A DNA stretch of 32,000 nt, from positions 120,001-152,000 of the forward strand of contig NZ_JHXR01000002.1 in assembly GCF_000621645.1 (NCBI RefSeq), read 5' to 3'. The notes under the pieces were generated by a model. The model did not search any database and had not been told where the DNA came from. It worked only from the letters and a program-made list of their open reading frames with translations. Source of the DNA: Vibrio cholerae ATCC 14035. Lineage in GTDB: Bacteria > Pseudomonadota > Gammaproteobacteria > Enterobacterales > Vibrionaceae. This document shows positions 1 through 9,032 of this stretch, piece by piece (within the stretch, counting starts at the first letter, position 1; each line of letters begins with the position of its first letter). The translations under genes were made by a program, and so were the position numbers.

Positions 1-191
1 AATTCTTGGGCACGATGCCAGCTCTGTAAACTCGGCATCGTTTGTTCAATCAAGGTTTTCTGCTGCGTATTCAGGTCAACAAAATCCTCAGCATAATCAA
101 TCACAAACCAATCAAGATTGTGGTAGACCAACTTAGTCGCGCAACCAACCAGAAAGGTACAGAGCAGAAGTACACGAAGCCATTTCAACAT
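1..191 (-). CDS. Putative lipoprotein, 5' part only (gene runs off the window start)
   Basis: My own minus-strand translation from the ATG at 191..189 gives MLKWLRVLLLCTFLVGCATKLVYHNLDWF..., with a signal peptide and an LVGC lipobox. An AAGGA-type RBS lies about 9 nt upstream. The frame is open to position 1. It is missing from the ORF track because it is truncated. Confidence 0.5.
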   Translation of the reverse strand, partial: MLKWLRVLLLCTFLVGCATKLVYHNLDWFVIDYAEDFVDLNTQQKTLIEQTMPSLQSWHRAQE

Positions 192-290
192 AAGAGAGGT
201 CCTTTCTTAATTACTCTGAGTTTTACGCAGTAATTCAAGCGAACGTTCAACAACCCAGTGAGAAACTTAAAAAAGAATGGCTGAAGCTTT

Positions 291-320
291 GAGAGAAAGA
301 AAGCTGGTCAAGACCAGCTT
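291..320 (-). terminator. Probable rho-independent terminator after glycerate kinase
   Basis: Hairpin AAGCTGGTC-aa-GACCAGCTT at 301..320, followed on the minus strand by a T/C-rich tract. Confidence 0.45.
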
Positions 321-326
321 TCGGAT

Positions 327-1460
327 TTATTTGGAGAGAACCCACAATCTGGCGACATTCTCGGCCAAATCGGCAAGGTTAAAATCGGACTCTTTAAGCG
401 CATCTTCAAGCGACATGGCCCGCGGCACCGCAGCGAAAACCGCATCGATCCCGCACTGGTATACGGCTTGATAGTTATCGCCAGTACAGCCGCACAACGC
501 CAGCACAGGAACGTCAAAGCGTTTGGCAACTTTGGCCACCCCCATTGGGGTTTTGCCATGTACGGTTTGACTGTCGATACGCCCTTCGCCAGTGATCACT
601 AAATCTGCATCACTGACTTGATAAGCAAGTTGCACTGTCTCCAGCACAATCTCAATACCCGGTCGCAATCTTGCTTGAGTATAGGCCAAAAGCGCCGCGC
701 CCATCCCCCCTGCCGCCCCCGCACCGGCACTCTCTAAAACCATTTTGCCAGTCACTTTTTCCGTGAGTAAACCAAACTGCCGTAAGGCTCCATCCAATAA
801 TTGAACATCTTCTGGCGTTGCCCCCTTTTGCGGACCAAATACCGCAGACGCACCTTTATCGCCACATAAGGGGTTGTTCACATCACAGGCCACCAAGATA
901 TCGCAATGCTGTAACCTTGGGTCGAAATCTTGTAAATTGATGTGGGTCAACTCGCGTAAACCGCCGCCAGTCAGTTGGATGGGATCGCCATCGGCATTGG
1001 TAAAGCGCGCGCCAAGTGCCGCAAGCATGCCCACGCCGCCATCATTGGTCGCACTACCACCTAGACCAATAATCAGCTTAGTGACACCTTGATCTAACGC
1101 GTGTCGGATCAGCTCTCCCGTACCAAAACTGGTGGTGAGTTTAGGGTCGCGCTGCGCAACTGGCACATGATGCAGGCCACTGGCCGCGGCCATTTCGATC
1201 ACCGCAGTTTGGTTATCTCCCAAAATTCCATAGAAGGCCTCCACTCGTTTACCTTGTGGCCCCATCACTTTGACTTCAACAAGTCGTCCTTGTGTGGCGT
1301 CCACCAACGATTGCACCGTACCTTCACCACCGTCCGCAACCGGGATAGCGACAAATTTTGCATCATGCCATACCCGAGCCAGCCCAGCTTGAATCGCATC
1401 ACACACTTGCTTTGCCGTTAAGCTCTCTTTAAAGGAATCTGGGGCGATAACCACTTTCAT
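327..1460 (-). CDS. Glycerate kinase (GlxK/GarK family)
   Basis: 377 aa. The N-terminus MKVVIAPDSFKESLTA and the GEG and GGSATNDGG motifs are typical of the glycerate kinase family. AGGAG RBS upstream of the ATG. Confidence 0.9.
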   Translation of the reverse strand: MKVVIAPDSFKESLTAKQVCDAIQAGLARVWHDAKFVAIPVADGGEGTVQSLVDATQGRLVEVKVMGPQGKRVEAFYGILGDNQTAVIEMAAASGLHHVPVAQRDPKLTTSFGTGELIRHALDQGVTKLIIGLGGSATNDGGVGMLAALGARFTNADGDPIQLTGGGLRELTHINLQDFDPRLQHCDILVACDVNNPLCGDKGASAVFGPQKGATPEDVQLLDGALRQFGLLTEKVTGKMVLESAGAGAAGGMGAALLAYTQARLRPGIEIVLETVQLAYQVSDADLVITGEGRIDSQTVHGKTPMGVAKVAKRFDVPVLALCGCTGDNYQAVYQCGIDAVFAAVPRAMSLEDALKESDFNLADLAENVARLWVLSK

Positions 1461-1478
1461 ATCACGCGCTCCTAATTT

Positions 1479-2831
1479 TTATAACAATACTAAGCTTAGA
1501 ACATATACCACAGCCATCGCAGTGCCCCCTTGGACTAGAGTTGCCATGGTTTGTGCGCGGTAGGCCAAACCTACACTCATGCGGCTAAACTGCGACACAA
1601 CCCAGAAGAAACTGTCATTGGCATGAGAAACCGTCATTGCACCCGCACCAATCGCCATTACGGTTAATGCTCGTCCCATTTCACTGTCCAAGCCCAGTTG
1701 GCCTAAAAGTGGCGCAACCAATGCAGAAGTGGTGACCAAGGCCACAGTCGAAGATCCTTGTGCCGATTTCAGTGCTGCAGCCACAATAAATGGCATAAAG
1801 ATGCCGACACCCAACGCCGACAACGTGGTTCCGAGGTAATCACCTAGTGGTGTGGCTTTCAAAACTGCACCAAATGCACCGCCAGCCCCCGTAATCAGTA
1901 GAATTGGTGCGGCAGCGGTAATACCTTGACTGATACGCTCGCCAAACTCAGCCACTTTGTCGGCAGATTTCAATAAGCGTACGGCAAGAAGCAAACCGAT
2001 CAGCAGTGCCGTCAATGGCTGACCAAGGAAGCCCAACACCTCAAACAGCATACCTTGACCAAAAGGAAAACTCGGGAATTTCGCGATAGAACCAAAACAG
2101 ATCAGCAAAATGGGCACAAAGATGGGAGCAAACGCTTGACTGGCAGAAGGTAACTGGCCGTAAGAAGCCTTAAGGGCTTGCCAATCTTTTTTTGGGCTTT
2201 CTTGCGAATCAATGATATCAGCCTCAACCGCTTGGAAACGGTTCGCCCACAACATACCAGCAATCGCCGCAACCGCCGCGACAAACAGGCCAATGGCAAT
2301 AACTAAACCTAGTTGGGATTCCAAGCCCAAGTTACCCGCCGCCGCAATCGGTCCCGGAGTCGGTGGAACAAAGGTATGCGTAGCATAGAGACCCGTAGCA
2401 AGCGCCACACTCATGGCCACACTGGAGGTGGCTAAACGTTTGGCCAGCGATTCTTTTAATGAATTGAGGATCACAAAGCCTGAGTCGCAGAATACTGGAA
2501 TCGAAACAATGTAACCGATGATACTCATGGTCAACGTTGGAAAACGCTCACCCAATAGCTTGATGACAGTATCCGCCATAGTAATGGCTGCGCCGCTTTT
2601 TTCTAAGATCACGCCAATGATGGTACCCAGTACAATCACCAAGCCGATGTAACCGAGGATACCACCAAAGCCTGTGGTAATGGTTTTGGCAATCGTGTCA
2701 GCAGGCAAACCATAAGCAAATGCGCCAAGGAATGCAGCCAGAAGTAATGCTAAGAAAGGGTGTACTTTGAACTTGGTGGTAGCGAGCACAATAAAGACAA
2801 TTACCGCTAACAGGATTAAGATCAGACTCAT
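1479..2831 (-). CDS. GntP-family permease (probable glycerate/sugar-acid transporter)
   Basis: 450 aa polytopic membrane protein with GntP-type sequence throughout. It sits 18 bp upstream of the glycerate kinase gene on the same strand. Confidence 0.9.
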   Translation of the reverse strand: MSLILILLAVIVFIVLATTKFKVHPFLALLLAAFLGAFAYGLPADTIAKTITTGFGGILGYIGLVIVLGTIIGVILEKSGAAITMADTVIKLLGERFPTLTMSIIGYIVSIPVFCDSGFVILNSLKESLAKRLATSSVAMSVALATGLYATHTFVPPTPGPIAAAGNLGLESQLGLVIAIGLFVAAVAAIAGMLWANRFQAVEADIIDSQESPKKDWQALKASYGQLPSASQAFAPIFVPILLICFGSIAKFPSFPFGQGMLFEVLGFLGQPLTALLIGLLLAVRLLKSADKVAEFGERISQGITAAAPILLITGAGGAFGAVLKATPLGDYLGTTLSALGVGIFMPFIVAAALKSAQGSSTVALVTTSALVAPLLGQLGLDSEMGRALTVMAIGAGAMTVSHANDSFFWVVSQFSRMSVGLAYRAQTMATLVQGGTAMAVVYVLSLVLL

Positions 2832-2972
2832 AATAACTCCATGTCTTTATGTTCTGAGGCAAGGTGAATGTCATTCCCCGCCTCTTCGTAGGGTCGAGCT
2901 ATTATCCTTGTTGGCTCGCATGATTCCTTTAGGCGGAACAACAAATACAATGATAAGGAAAATGTTAATAAC

Positions 2973-2986
2973 TGTGCAGATGCACA
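2973..2986. promoter_or_regulatory. Candidate operator TGTGCAGATGCACA upstream of the permease-kinase operon
   Basis: 6-2-6 inverted repeat, 142 to 155 bp upstream of the permease start. The same TGTG-N3-ATGCACA pattern recurs at 4203..4216 upstream of cdaR. Confidence 0.3.
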
Positions 2987-2989
2987 ATT

Positions 2990-4129
2990 TTAATCATAAC
3001 TTGTGAGCTGATACGCAATATACAATTCCGCCAAACCAAGTAAGGAGTTAGTCTCAATCCCTGTAATTTCGGTGATTTTTTCTAAACGATAGCGCAGCGT
3101 ATTTCGGTGGATAAACAGTTGTTGGGCGCAAAGATTCAAGTTGCCATTTGCCGCAAATAGTCCCTTTAACGTTTTCACGAGTTGCCCTGACTTATCCTGT
3201 GTCTGCAACTCCTGCATGACTCGTCGCCACTGTTCACCTTGCCATCCTTCATTCAATGGCAAAAGCAATACCGGCAAACGCAGTTCCTCGTAGAGATGTT
3301 TCTGTTTTTCTGGCTGGCGTACTTGGCCAATCCTCAGTACCTGCTTGGCACTTTGGTAAGAGAGATGGATCGCGTTTGGGTTGATAAAAAGCTGGCCTAA
3401 AGCAATGTCATATCCTGTGATGTCATAGGCTTTGAGCCTCGCCATCAACTTATCAATCCGCAAACTTTCGTATTCGCTGGTCCAATGCTCTGGTGTTCGA
3501 CAAGGTTTGAGCACGACTATCTCTTGCATAGAAACCACAGCGACCAGATTGTCCCGTTCAGGGTGCTCCAAAAGCTCAACCACTTGACGGATCTGATCCA
3601 AGCTTTGTCCACTTTTCGGTTGACGAAAGGCGATGACCACTGCCACGCGAGGCTTAGAGAGGTCAATGGAAAGTCTCGCCGCCCATGCATCAAGTTCGGC
3701 GGCCGATAAGGTATTGTGTATCCAAGCGGAAATGAACTCTTCACGATGCCGCCGATCCCATTGTAGTTGTTCGACCAAAGCTGCTTGCTCAATGATCATT
3801 TCGGCACTCATTTTGACCAGATTGGCAAAATCACGAATATCTTTCGGCTCTCCGGTAATCCCCACAATCCCGACCACTTGCTGCTGATTTCTCAACACCA
3901 TGTTGATGCCTGGTTTTACACCTTTCAGTGCCACGCAGCTTTCTGCCGTTAGCTCTACCGAATCGCCATGTTTGAGTGCCAAAATTGCACCATCATGCAC
4001 TTGGCCAATCCGATTTTTCTCGCCACTGCCAATGATCACTCCAGCTTGATTCATCACATTGATGTTGTAGCCGATGATCGCCATGGTGCGATCGACAATT
4101 TGTTGCGCTAATTGACTGTCCAGTATCAT
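2990..4129 (-). CDS. cdaR: CdaR/SdaR-type sugar diacid regulator (PucR C-terminal HTH)
   Basis: 379 aa. N-terminal diacid-recognition-like region (QIVDRTMAIIGYNINVMNQAGVIIGSG) and a C-terminal HTH (LFIHRNTLRYRLEKITEITG). GGGAG RBS. Confidence 0.85.
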   Translation of the reverse strand: MILDSQLAQQIVDRTMAIIGYNINVMNQAGVIIGSGEKNRIGQVHDGAILALKHGDSVELTAESCVALKGVKPGINMVLRNQQQVVGIVGITGEPKDIRDFANLVKMSAEMIIEQAALVEQLQWDRRHREEFISAWIHNTLSAAELDAWAARLSIDLSKPRVAVVIAFRQPKSGQSLDQIRQVVELLEHPERDNLVAVVSMQEIVVLKPCRTPEHWTSEYESLRIDKLMARLKAYDITGYDIALGQLFINPNAIHLSYQSAKQVLRIGQVRQPEKQKHLYEELRLPVLLLPLNEGWQGEQWRRVMQELQTQDKSGQLVKTLKGLFAANGNLNLCAQQLFIHRNTLRYRLEKITEITGIETNSLLGLAELYIAYQLTSYD

Positions 4130-4202
4130 GACGACTCCCTATCCACTCTGCGTAGACTTATAAGTCCTCTTACTGAATTTCAATAACATCATCACTCACT
4201 TT

Positions 4203-4216
4203 TGTGACTATGCACA
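4203..4216. promoter_or_regulatory. Candidate operator TGTGACTATGCACA upstream of cdaR
   Basis: Second copy of TGTG-N3-ATGCACA, 74 to 87 bp upstream of the cdaR start codon. Confidence 0.3.
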
Positions 4217-4244
4217 AAAAGGAAAGCTGCCCGCAGGCAGCTTT
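4214..4244 (-). terminator. Rho-independent terminator of the MCP gene
   Basis: Minus-strand hairpin AAAGCTGCC-tgcg-GGCAGCTTT followed by CCTTTTT. Confidence 0.6.
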
Positions 4245-4269
4245 GATGGGGATAAAATAGAGGTCTTGA

Positions 4270-6006
4270 TTAGGTGCGGATATGCGCTATTGCACTATTA
4301 AGATCGTCAACGTTGCGTTGTAAATCCACCACAACAGGACCCAGTTGTTTGATCGCTAGGTTCATTTCACCAGACAGCGTTTTGATGGTACTGAGGTTAC
4401 TTGAAATCTCATCACTTACAGTTAATTGCTCCTCAGTCGCGGCAGCAATTGACGTGTTGAGTTTATGGATCTCTTTGGCCGAGCCCTGGATAGCCACCAA
4501 CGACTCGTTGGCCACGCCCATATTGCCACGGGTTGATTGCATTTTATCGGCACTGACACGGATCGTTTTGGTCGACATCTCCGCTTTTTCTTGCAGCATA
4601 GAGATCATGGTTTCAATCTCGCCCGTCGATTCTTGCGTACGCTGTGCCAAAGAACGGACTTCATCAGCGACCACCGCAAAACCTCGCCCTTGCTCACCCG
4701 CGCGAGCCGCTTCAATCGCCGCATTCAACGCCAGCAAGTTGGTCTGCTCTGCAATCGCTTTAATCACATCCAGCACGTTGCCGACATTATTGGACTCAGT
4801 AGCCAGTTGTTGAATGATCTCTGAGGTTTTTTGGAATTCGCCGTCTAAATCCGCAAATTCGCGAATCGTTTTCTCAAACACTTGTTTGCTGTTATTGGCT
4901 TCTTTTTCAGCACTGCCTGCGTACTCTTCTGCCATATTAGTGCTTTGGGACACACTCGATAACGCCGAAGTCATCTCTTCCATCGCGGTCGCCGCCATCT
5001 CTAACTCTTGGTCTTGTTGGCTAGACATCTTCATATTTTGATCCGTGATGCTACGAATGGTGTCGGAGATCGAGGAAATGGTATGGTTAACCTGATTAAT
5101 TTTACTGATGGTTGAGCCATAACTGCCTAGAACTTTGTTAATCGTACGTCCAATCACGGCCAGCTCATCATCGCTTTTTTCTTCAACCCTTAAGGTAAGG
5201 TCTGAATTGTCATCGGCTCTTTGTAAGACACTCGCCATTCGATCAATTGGAGTCACAATTTTACGGTTGACGACGACGTAACCAATAATGGCAATAATAG
5301 CGACCACAACTAATGAGATATTGCCGATCAATACGGTACTTTTTACTTGCTCTGCGGCTTGGTTAAACTGCTGTGCCGTTCGTGTTTCAAGCTCTTGGAA
5401 GAAGCGGTCAATGGGTGCCATGATCTTAGCTTTTTCACGATGGTACTCTTCACTGTGCAGCAGTTGAACCGCCATGTTGACATCCGGCTCGCCTTTTACC
5501 GTGTAGTTGCCACTCGCATCAGGAAACAAGCCTTTTACCGCATTCATGGCTTTCACTTCCATATTCACTAAAGCATCGGAGTTATTTTGCGCTTCTTTCA
5601 GCAAAGCGAACTCTCTGTCACTAAAACCGAGGTCTTTCATCATTTGCTGTAGCGCGATGGTTTGCCCATCCGGTTTAGGTTTTTGGCCGTATTGCAGGAC
5701 AAGATCCCAATAAATGGTGTGGTAGCTCTCGGGGCGAGGCTTTTTGCCGTTACGGATATCAAGAATATCCATATACATCTTTTCGTATTTTTCATCCCCA
5801 GTGACCACATAGGTACGCCCTAAGCGGGTCAAGTCATCGGAACTTTGGCGTAGCTCATCCGCAGCTTGGTAAGATTGATAACGGATCAACGATAATCTAT
5901 CGACTTGCTGTTCGAGACTATCCAATTGGAACACAGTCGCCATAGTAATCGCCATGCCTACGCCTATCGCCGAAAAAACAAGCTTCATCGTGGTGTTAAT
6001 TTTCAT
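4270..6006 (-). CDS. Methyl-accepting chemotaxis protein with a helical periplasmic sensor
   Basis: 578 aa. TM1, a periplasmic region of about 190 aa, TM2, HAMP, and the conserved signalling hairpin [43 protein letters not shown]. Confidence 0.9.
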   Translation of the reverse strand: MKINTTMKLVFSAIGVGMAITMATVFQLDSLEQQVDRLSLIRYQSYQAADELRQSSDDLTRLGRTYVVTGDEKYEKMYMDILDIRNGKKPRPESYHTIYWDLVLQYGQKPKPDGQTIALQQMMKDLGFSDREFALLKEAQNNSDALVNMEVKAMNAVKGLFPDASGNYTVKGEPDVNMAVQLLHSEEYHREKAKIMAPIDRFFQELETRTAQQFNQAAEQVKSTVLIGNISLVVVAIIAIIGYVVVNRKIVTPIDRMASVLQRADDNSDLTLRVEEKSDDELAVIGRTINKVLGSYGSTISKINQVNHTISSISDTIRSITDQNMKMSSQQDQELEMAATAMEEMTSALSSVSQSTNMAEEYAGSAEKEANNSKQVFEKTIREFADLDGEFQKTSEIIQQLATESNNVGNVLDVIKAIAEQTNLLALNAAIEAARAGEQGRGFAVVADEVRSLAQRTQESTGEIETMISMLQEKAEMSTKTIRVSADKMQSTRGNMGVANESLVAIQGSAKEIHKLNTSIAAATEEQLTVSDEISSNLSTIKTLSGEMNLAIKQLGPVVVDLQRNVDDLNSAIAHIRT

Positions 6007-6246
6007 GGAAAATCCTTCTAGGAAAAAAAAGCGTATATCCGGTCATTTATAATGACTTTTTTATTGTTACTTTCAGCTTAGAAGATGTTTAACGAACTGG
6101 TAGGAGAATGTTGCTTTTTTTCTATGGGTAATGACTCAGATGTCTTTGAACGATACGTATCTAGCACTTATGCCTAAAAGCACTGTGATCATTGTGCCTA
6201 TCAAAGTGAAGTAGATCACATGATTACTTTGATATGGGGTCAGGAT

Positions 6247-6275
6247 AAAAATAAAGCGGCTTTGCAGCCGCTTAT
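6247..6275 (-). terminator. Rho-independent terminator after hutZ
   Basis: Minus-strand hairpin AGCGGC-tgcaaa-GCCGCT followed by TTATTTTTAT. Confidence 0.6.
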
Positions 6276-6311
6276 TTATAGAGAGGTCGATTTATGACTC
6301 AAGAGTCATGC

Positions 6312-6842
6312 TTAGCCATTAGAAATCTTACGATGGCCTTCTTCCAGATGAACAAAGTCCACCAAATCATCGCCAGAAACTTGGTATGCTTGGCCAAAGC
6401 CTTTCACGAATAAACCATGCTCTGGCTGTAGACGGAATAACATGAAGTCTTGCAGTTGACTGAGACCATCAATGATTTCGCCAAAGCGCTCACCCATTTG
6501 TGCAATCACTTGGCACCACAACTCGCTGTCACGTTCAACCATGCTGGCAACCGCATCAAAGGTCAGACGTTTACGGGCGAAAAGTTGTTTTGCTTCCGTT
6601 TCATCTTCAATCATCATGATCGACACTTGCGGATTGACTTCAAGGTTACGGGCATGACGGGCGATGTGCGAAATCAGCACAAAGTAGCCTTCTTGATTTT
6701 GTACGAAAGGGGCATAACTAACATTCGGACGACCTTGCGCATCCACAGTCGCCAGTTGCAGCGTTTTACGCTCTTGACGGAACTCTTTGATTTCTGGCTC
6801 TAAACGACCCTGCAAACGCTCTTGCTTAACTTGCTGATCCAT
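6312..6842 (-). CDS. hutZ: HutZ haem-binding/haem-degrading protein (pyridoxamine-phosphate-oxidase-like split barrel)
   Basis: 176 aa. Recognised as V. cholerae HutZ by sequence and by its position downstream of hutW and hutX. GAGGAG RBS. Confidence 0.95.
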   Translation of the reverse strand: MDQQVKQERLQGRLEPEIKEFRQERKTLQLATVDAQGRPNVSYAPFVQNQEGYFVLISHIARHARNLEVNPQVSIMMIEDETEAKQLFARKRLTFDAVASMVERDSELWCQVIAQMGERFGEIIDGLSQLQDFMLFRLQPEHGLFVKGFGQAYQVSGDDLVDFVHLEEGHRKISNG

Positions 6843-6866
6843 CTCTTTCTCCTCAACGATGGTTTA

Positions 6867-7370
6867 TTATTGTTTGTGTTGTTGCTGCATTGCTTTAAAG
6901 CGTGCGACTTGCTCTGGGATCAATTCGCGTTTCTCATCACGTCCCAGATAGATTTTGAACGCGTTTTCACCTTGAGCGGTAAAGAAGCCAAAGTAGTGGC
7001 TCTCGCGTCCCATAAATGGCTTACTGACTAAAGCCACATGGCTAATATTTTCGAGTTTCAAATGGCCATGCAGTTCCCCATCACGACCCATTAAATTGTA
7101 GTAACCCCGTGCAACTTTCCCTTTTGGAAAAGGTGCTTTGACTTCAAAAATAGAACCCGCAATGGTCATGATCGTGGTGACAGGGCCCCATTCTGGCAGA
7201 CTTTCTAAAATGGTTTGCGCATGAGAGCCATCCACCACCGCGACCATCTCTTCAGGAAGAGCATGCACGATGTCAAACTCAGTGACATTGAGTTGCTCCG
7301 CCATTGCGGCAGGTAATAAAGTGGGTTGCTGCTCAAGCAGTTGAGCGACTTGCTGTTGTAATGATTCCAT
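6867..7370 (-). CDS. hutX: HutX cytoplasmic haem-binding/trafficking protein (ChuX/HuvX family)
   Basis: I place the start at the internal ATG giving MESLQQQVAQLLEQQ (167 aa). The longer ORF in the track would overlap the 3' end of hutW. Confidence 0.9.
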   Translation of the reverse strand: MESLQQQVAQLLEQQPTLLPAAMAEQLNVTEFDIVHALPEEMVAVVDGSHAQTILESLPEWGPVTTIMTIAGSIFEVKAPFPKGKVARGYYNLMGRDGELHGHLKLENISHVALVSKPFMGRESHYFGFFTAQGENAFKIYLGRDEKRELIPEQVARFKAMQQQHKQ

Positions 7371-7393
7371 TGTTTTTTCCAGTCTAGTTATGC

Positions 7394-8761
7394 TTATGCG
7401 ATACGCTGCTGTTGATATTTGTACGAATGAATAAGTACCTGAATACACGCCTGCGCAAGGCTTACCGACCAGAAGCGTCCGGCGGTAGTCAGAGTGAGAT
7501 AGTCTTGCTCCACCTCAACCAAACCGATTTGTTGCCAACGTAAAAAGAGTGACTTTAACCAGTCAAAGGTTTGGTGGTGATAAAATTTAGGTAAACGCTG
7601 TTTGGCGATGACGCCCGAGTCAAATCCGGCTTTCAAGGCGGCAAACAGGGGTTCATATTCATGTTGGCGAGCCATCATGGCGACAAGCGGTTGACCATTT
7701 TTCATCGCGTCAAGGTAAGTATCGAGCTGGCGATGTTGCATCAGTGAGTAACCGCCCATATTCCCGCCCGCGCCACAACCAATCGGGAGCACTTCGGCAT
7801 AGGTTTTGGCCAAACTGTTATAAAGGCTGCGCTCGCGGTTGTCGCGAGTCCAGTGGTTTACGCTCAATGGGCGCAGATGATGCTTCGCCATAAATTCCAC
7901 CCCGATTTGGTACAAGGTGGCTTTATCTGGCGTAGTAGCCGGTGGGGGTAATTTGCCTTTTTCAACCAGATTGAGCATCGGGGCACTACCGCCAACGACG
8001 AGCTGGTATAAATCAATCCCTTGTGCCCCAGTCTGCATAAAATCTTGTAGATCTTGCTCGAACACTTGCGCCGTTTGGTAGGGTAAGCCGTAGAGTAGAT
8101 CAATCACAATCGGCGCTTGTTGGGTCGCAGCCAATGAGGCGATACGCTCCATCACCACCTCACGATCATCCAATCGTTTGGCTCGGCGTCTCACCTGAGT
8201 ATTAAAACTCTGCACACCAAAAGAGAAACGGTTAAAGCCCCCTTCCAGAGCGTTTTCAAACATCTCATCACTAAAGCGATGAATTCGACCTTCTAGAGTG
8301 ATTTCACAATCTGGCGTTAATGGAAACGACTCACGGATTGCAGTACCCAACTGCCGGATTTGCTCGGGAGAGAGCTCAGTCGGCGTCCCCCCGCCAATAT
8401 AGACCGCATGAAAGACGCCAGTTTGTGTCCAAGGCAGTGCCGCTTTTTGTTTGATCTCTTCAAGTAACGCTGCAAAGTACGCATCCACCAACTGGCGACT
8501 CGCCGCGTTTTGGAAGAAATTACAGAAAGTACAACGTACTCGACAAAAAGGAACATGGATGTAGAGACACCGCACCTGTTGACGTTGGCTGACTTGTTGG
8601 GTGATGTGTTGCCACACGTTCTCCTGCTCATGACTCGGTACAGGCATCGCGATACCGCCTGCATGGGCTGAATGCTTATTTTGAAAAGCAAAACGCAGCG
8701 GATCTGGCGTATTCGCACCCAAAATAGATTCATCAAAATTATCTAAAATCAACATTCTCAT
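7394..8761 (-). CDS. hutW: HutW radical-SAM enzyme (HemN-like; ChuW-type anaerobic haem degradation family)
   Basis: 455 aa. Contains the CxxxCxxC radical-SAM motif (FCRVRCTFCNF). First gene of hutWXZ, divergent from tonB1. Confidence 0.9.
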   Translation of the reverse strand: MRMLILDNFDESILGANTPDPLRFAFQNKHSAHAGGIAMPVPSHEQENVWQHITQQVSQRQQVRCLYIHVPFCRVRCTFCNFFQNAASRQLVDAYFAALLEEIKQKAALPWTQTGVFHAVYIGGGTPTELSPEQIRQLGTAIRESFPLTPDCEITLEGRIHRFSDEMFENALEGGFNRFSFGVQSFNTQVRRRAKRLDDREVVMERIASLAATQQAPIVIDLLYGLPYQTAQVFEQDLQDFMQTGAQGIDLYQLVVGGSAPMLNLVEKGKLPPPATTPDKATLYQIGVEFMAKHHLRPLSVNHWTRDNRERSLYNSLAKTYAEVLPIGCGAGGNMGGYSLMQHRQLDTYLDAMKNGQPLVAMMARQHEYEPLFAALKAGFDSGVIAKQRLPKFYHHQTFDWLKSLFLRWQQIGLVEVEQDYLTLTTAGRFWSVSLAQACIQVLIHSYKYQQQRIA

Positions 8762-8833
8762 TTCTCAAGCCAATCCCCATACAACAAGGGCTGCGCTTCT
8801 CTTCATCTCATACGATCAAAATCATAAATTGAC

Positions 8834-8867
8834 GCTAATGATAATGCAATTGATAATTGCTATTATT
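8834..8867. promoter_or_regulatory. Overlapping Fur boxes in the hutW / tonB1 divergent promoter region
   Basis: In-phase GATAAT-type hexamers: GcTAAT GATAAT GcAAtT GATAAT ... ATTATt. By hand count, the 19-mers starting at 8840 and 8852 match GATAATGATAATCATTATC at 13/19 and 12/19. Confidence 0.7.
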
Positions 8868-9032
8868 AAGATGCTGAGCAATAATATTTGCCCACTAAGG
8901 CTAATCGCGTATGGATTTATCCATGCCCCGTTAGTCTGCATGAATTGAAATAGCCAGTTTGATCAGCCTGCCACTTGCTGAGTTTTCAGAGAGACAGGAG
9001 CAATATTGTTGATCATCGTGAGGGAGAAGGAC

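Noticed and set aside
42-233. 63-aa plus-strand ORF at the window start
   Set aside because: It has odd composition and no RBS. The opposite strand encodes a convincing lipoprotein N-terminus (signal peptide, LVGC lipobox, RBS) that runs off the window.
2973-2986. TGTGCAGATGCACA as a CRP site
   Set aside because: CRP needs TGTGA-N6-TCACA. Here the half-sites are separated by 2 bp and the right half does not fit in the CRP register. I kept it as a candidate CdaR operator instead.
4620-4760. Inverted nucleotide similarity between 4620..4760 and 19250..19380
   Set aside because: It is explained by the highly conserved signalling hairpin of two paralogous MCPs on opposite strands. It is not a mobile-element inverted repeat.
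4274-4813. Long antisense ORFs inside conserved genes (4274..4813 in the MCP, 25536..26186 in rlmC, 27020..27640 in DUF808, 19039..19482 in the second MCP)
   Set aside because: Each lies opposite a gene with clear family motifs. Their Ala/Ser/Arg-rich composition is typical of shadow ORFs.
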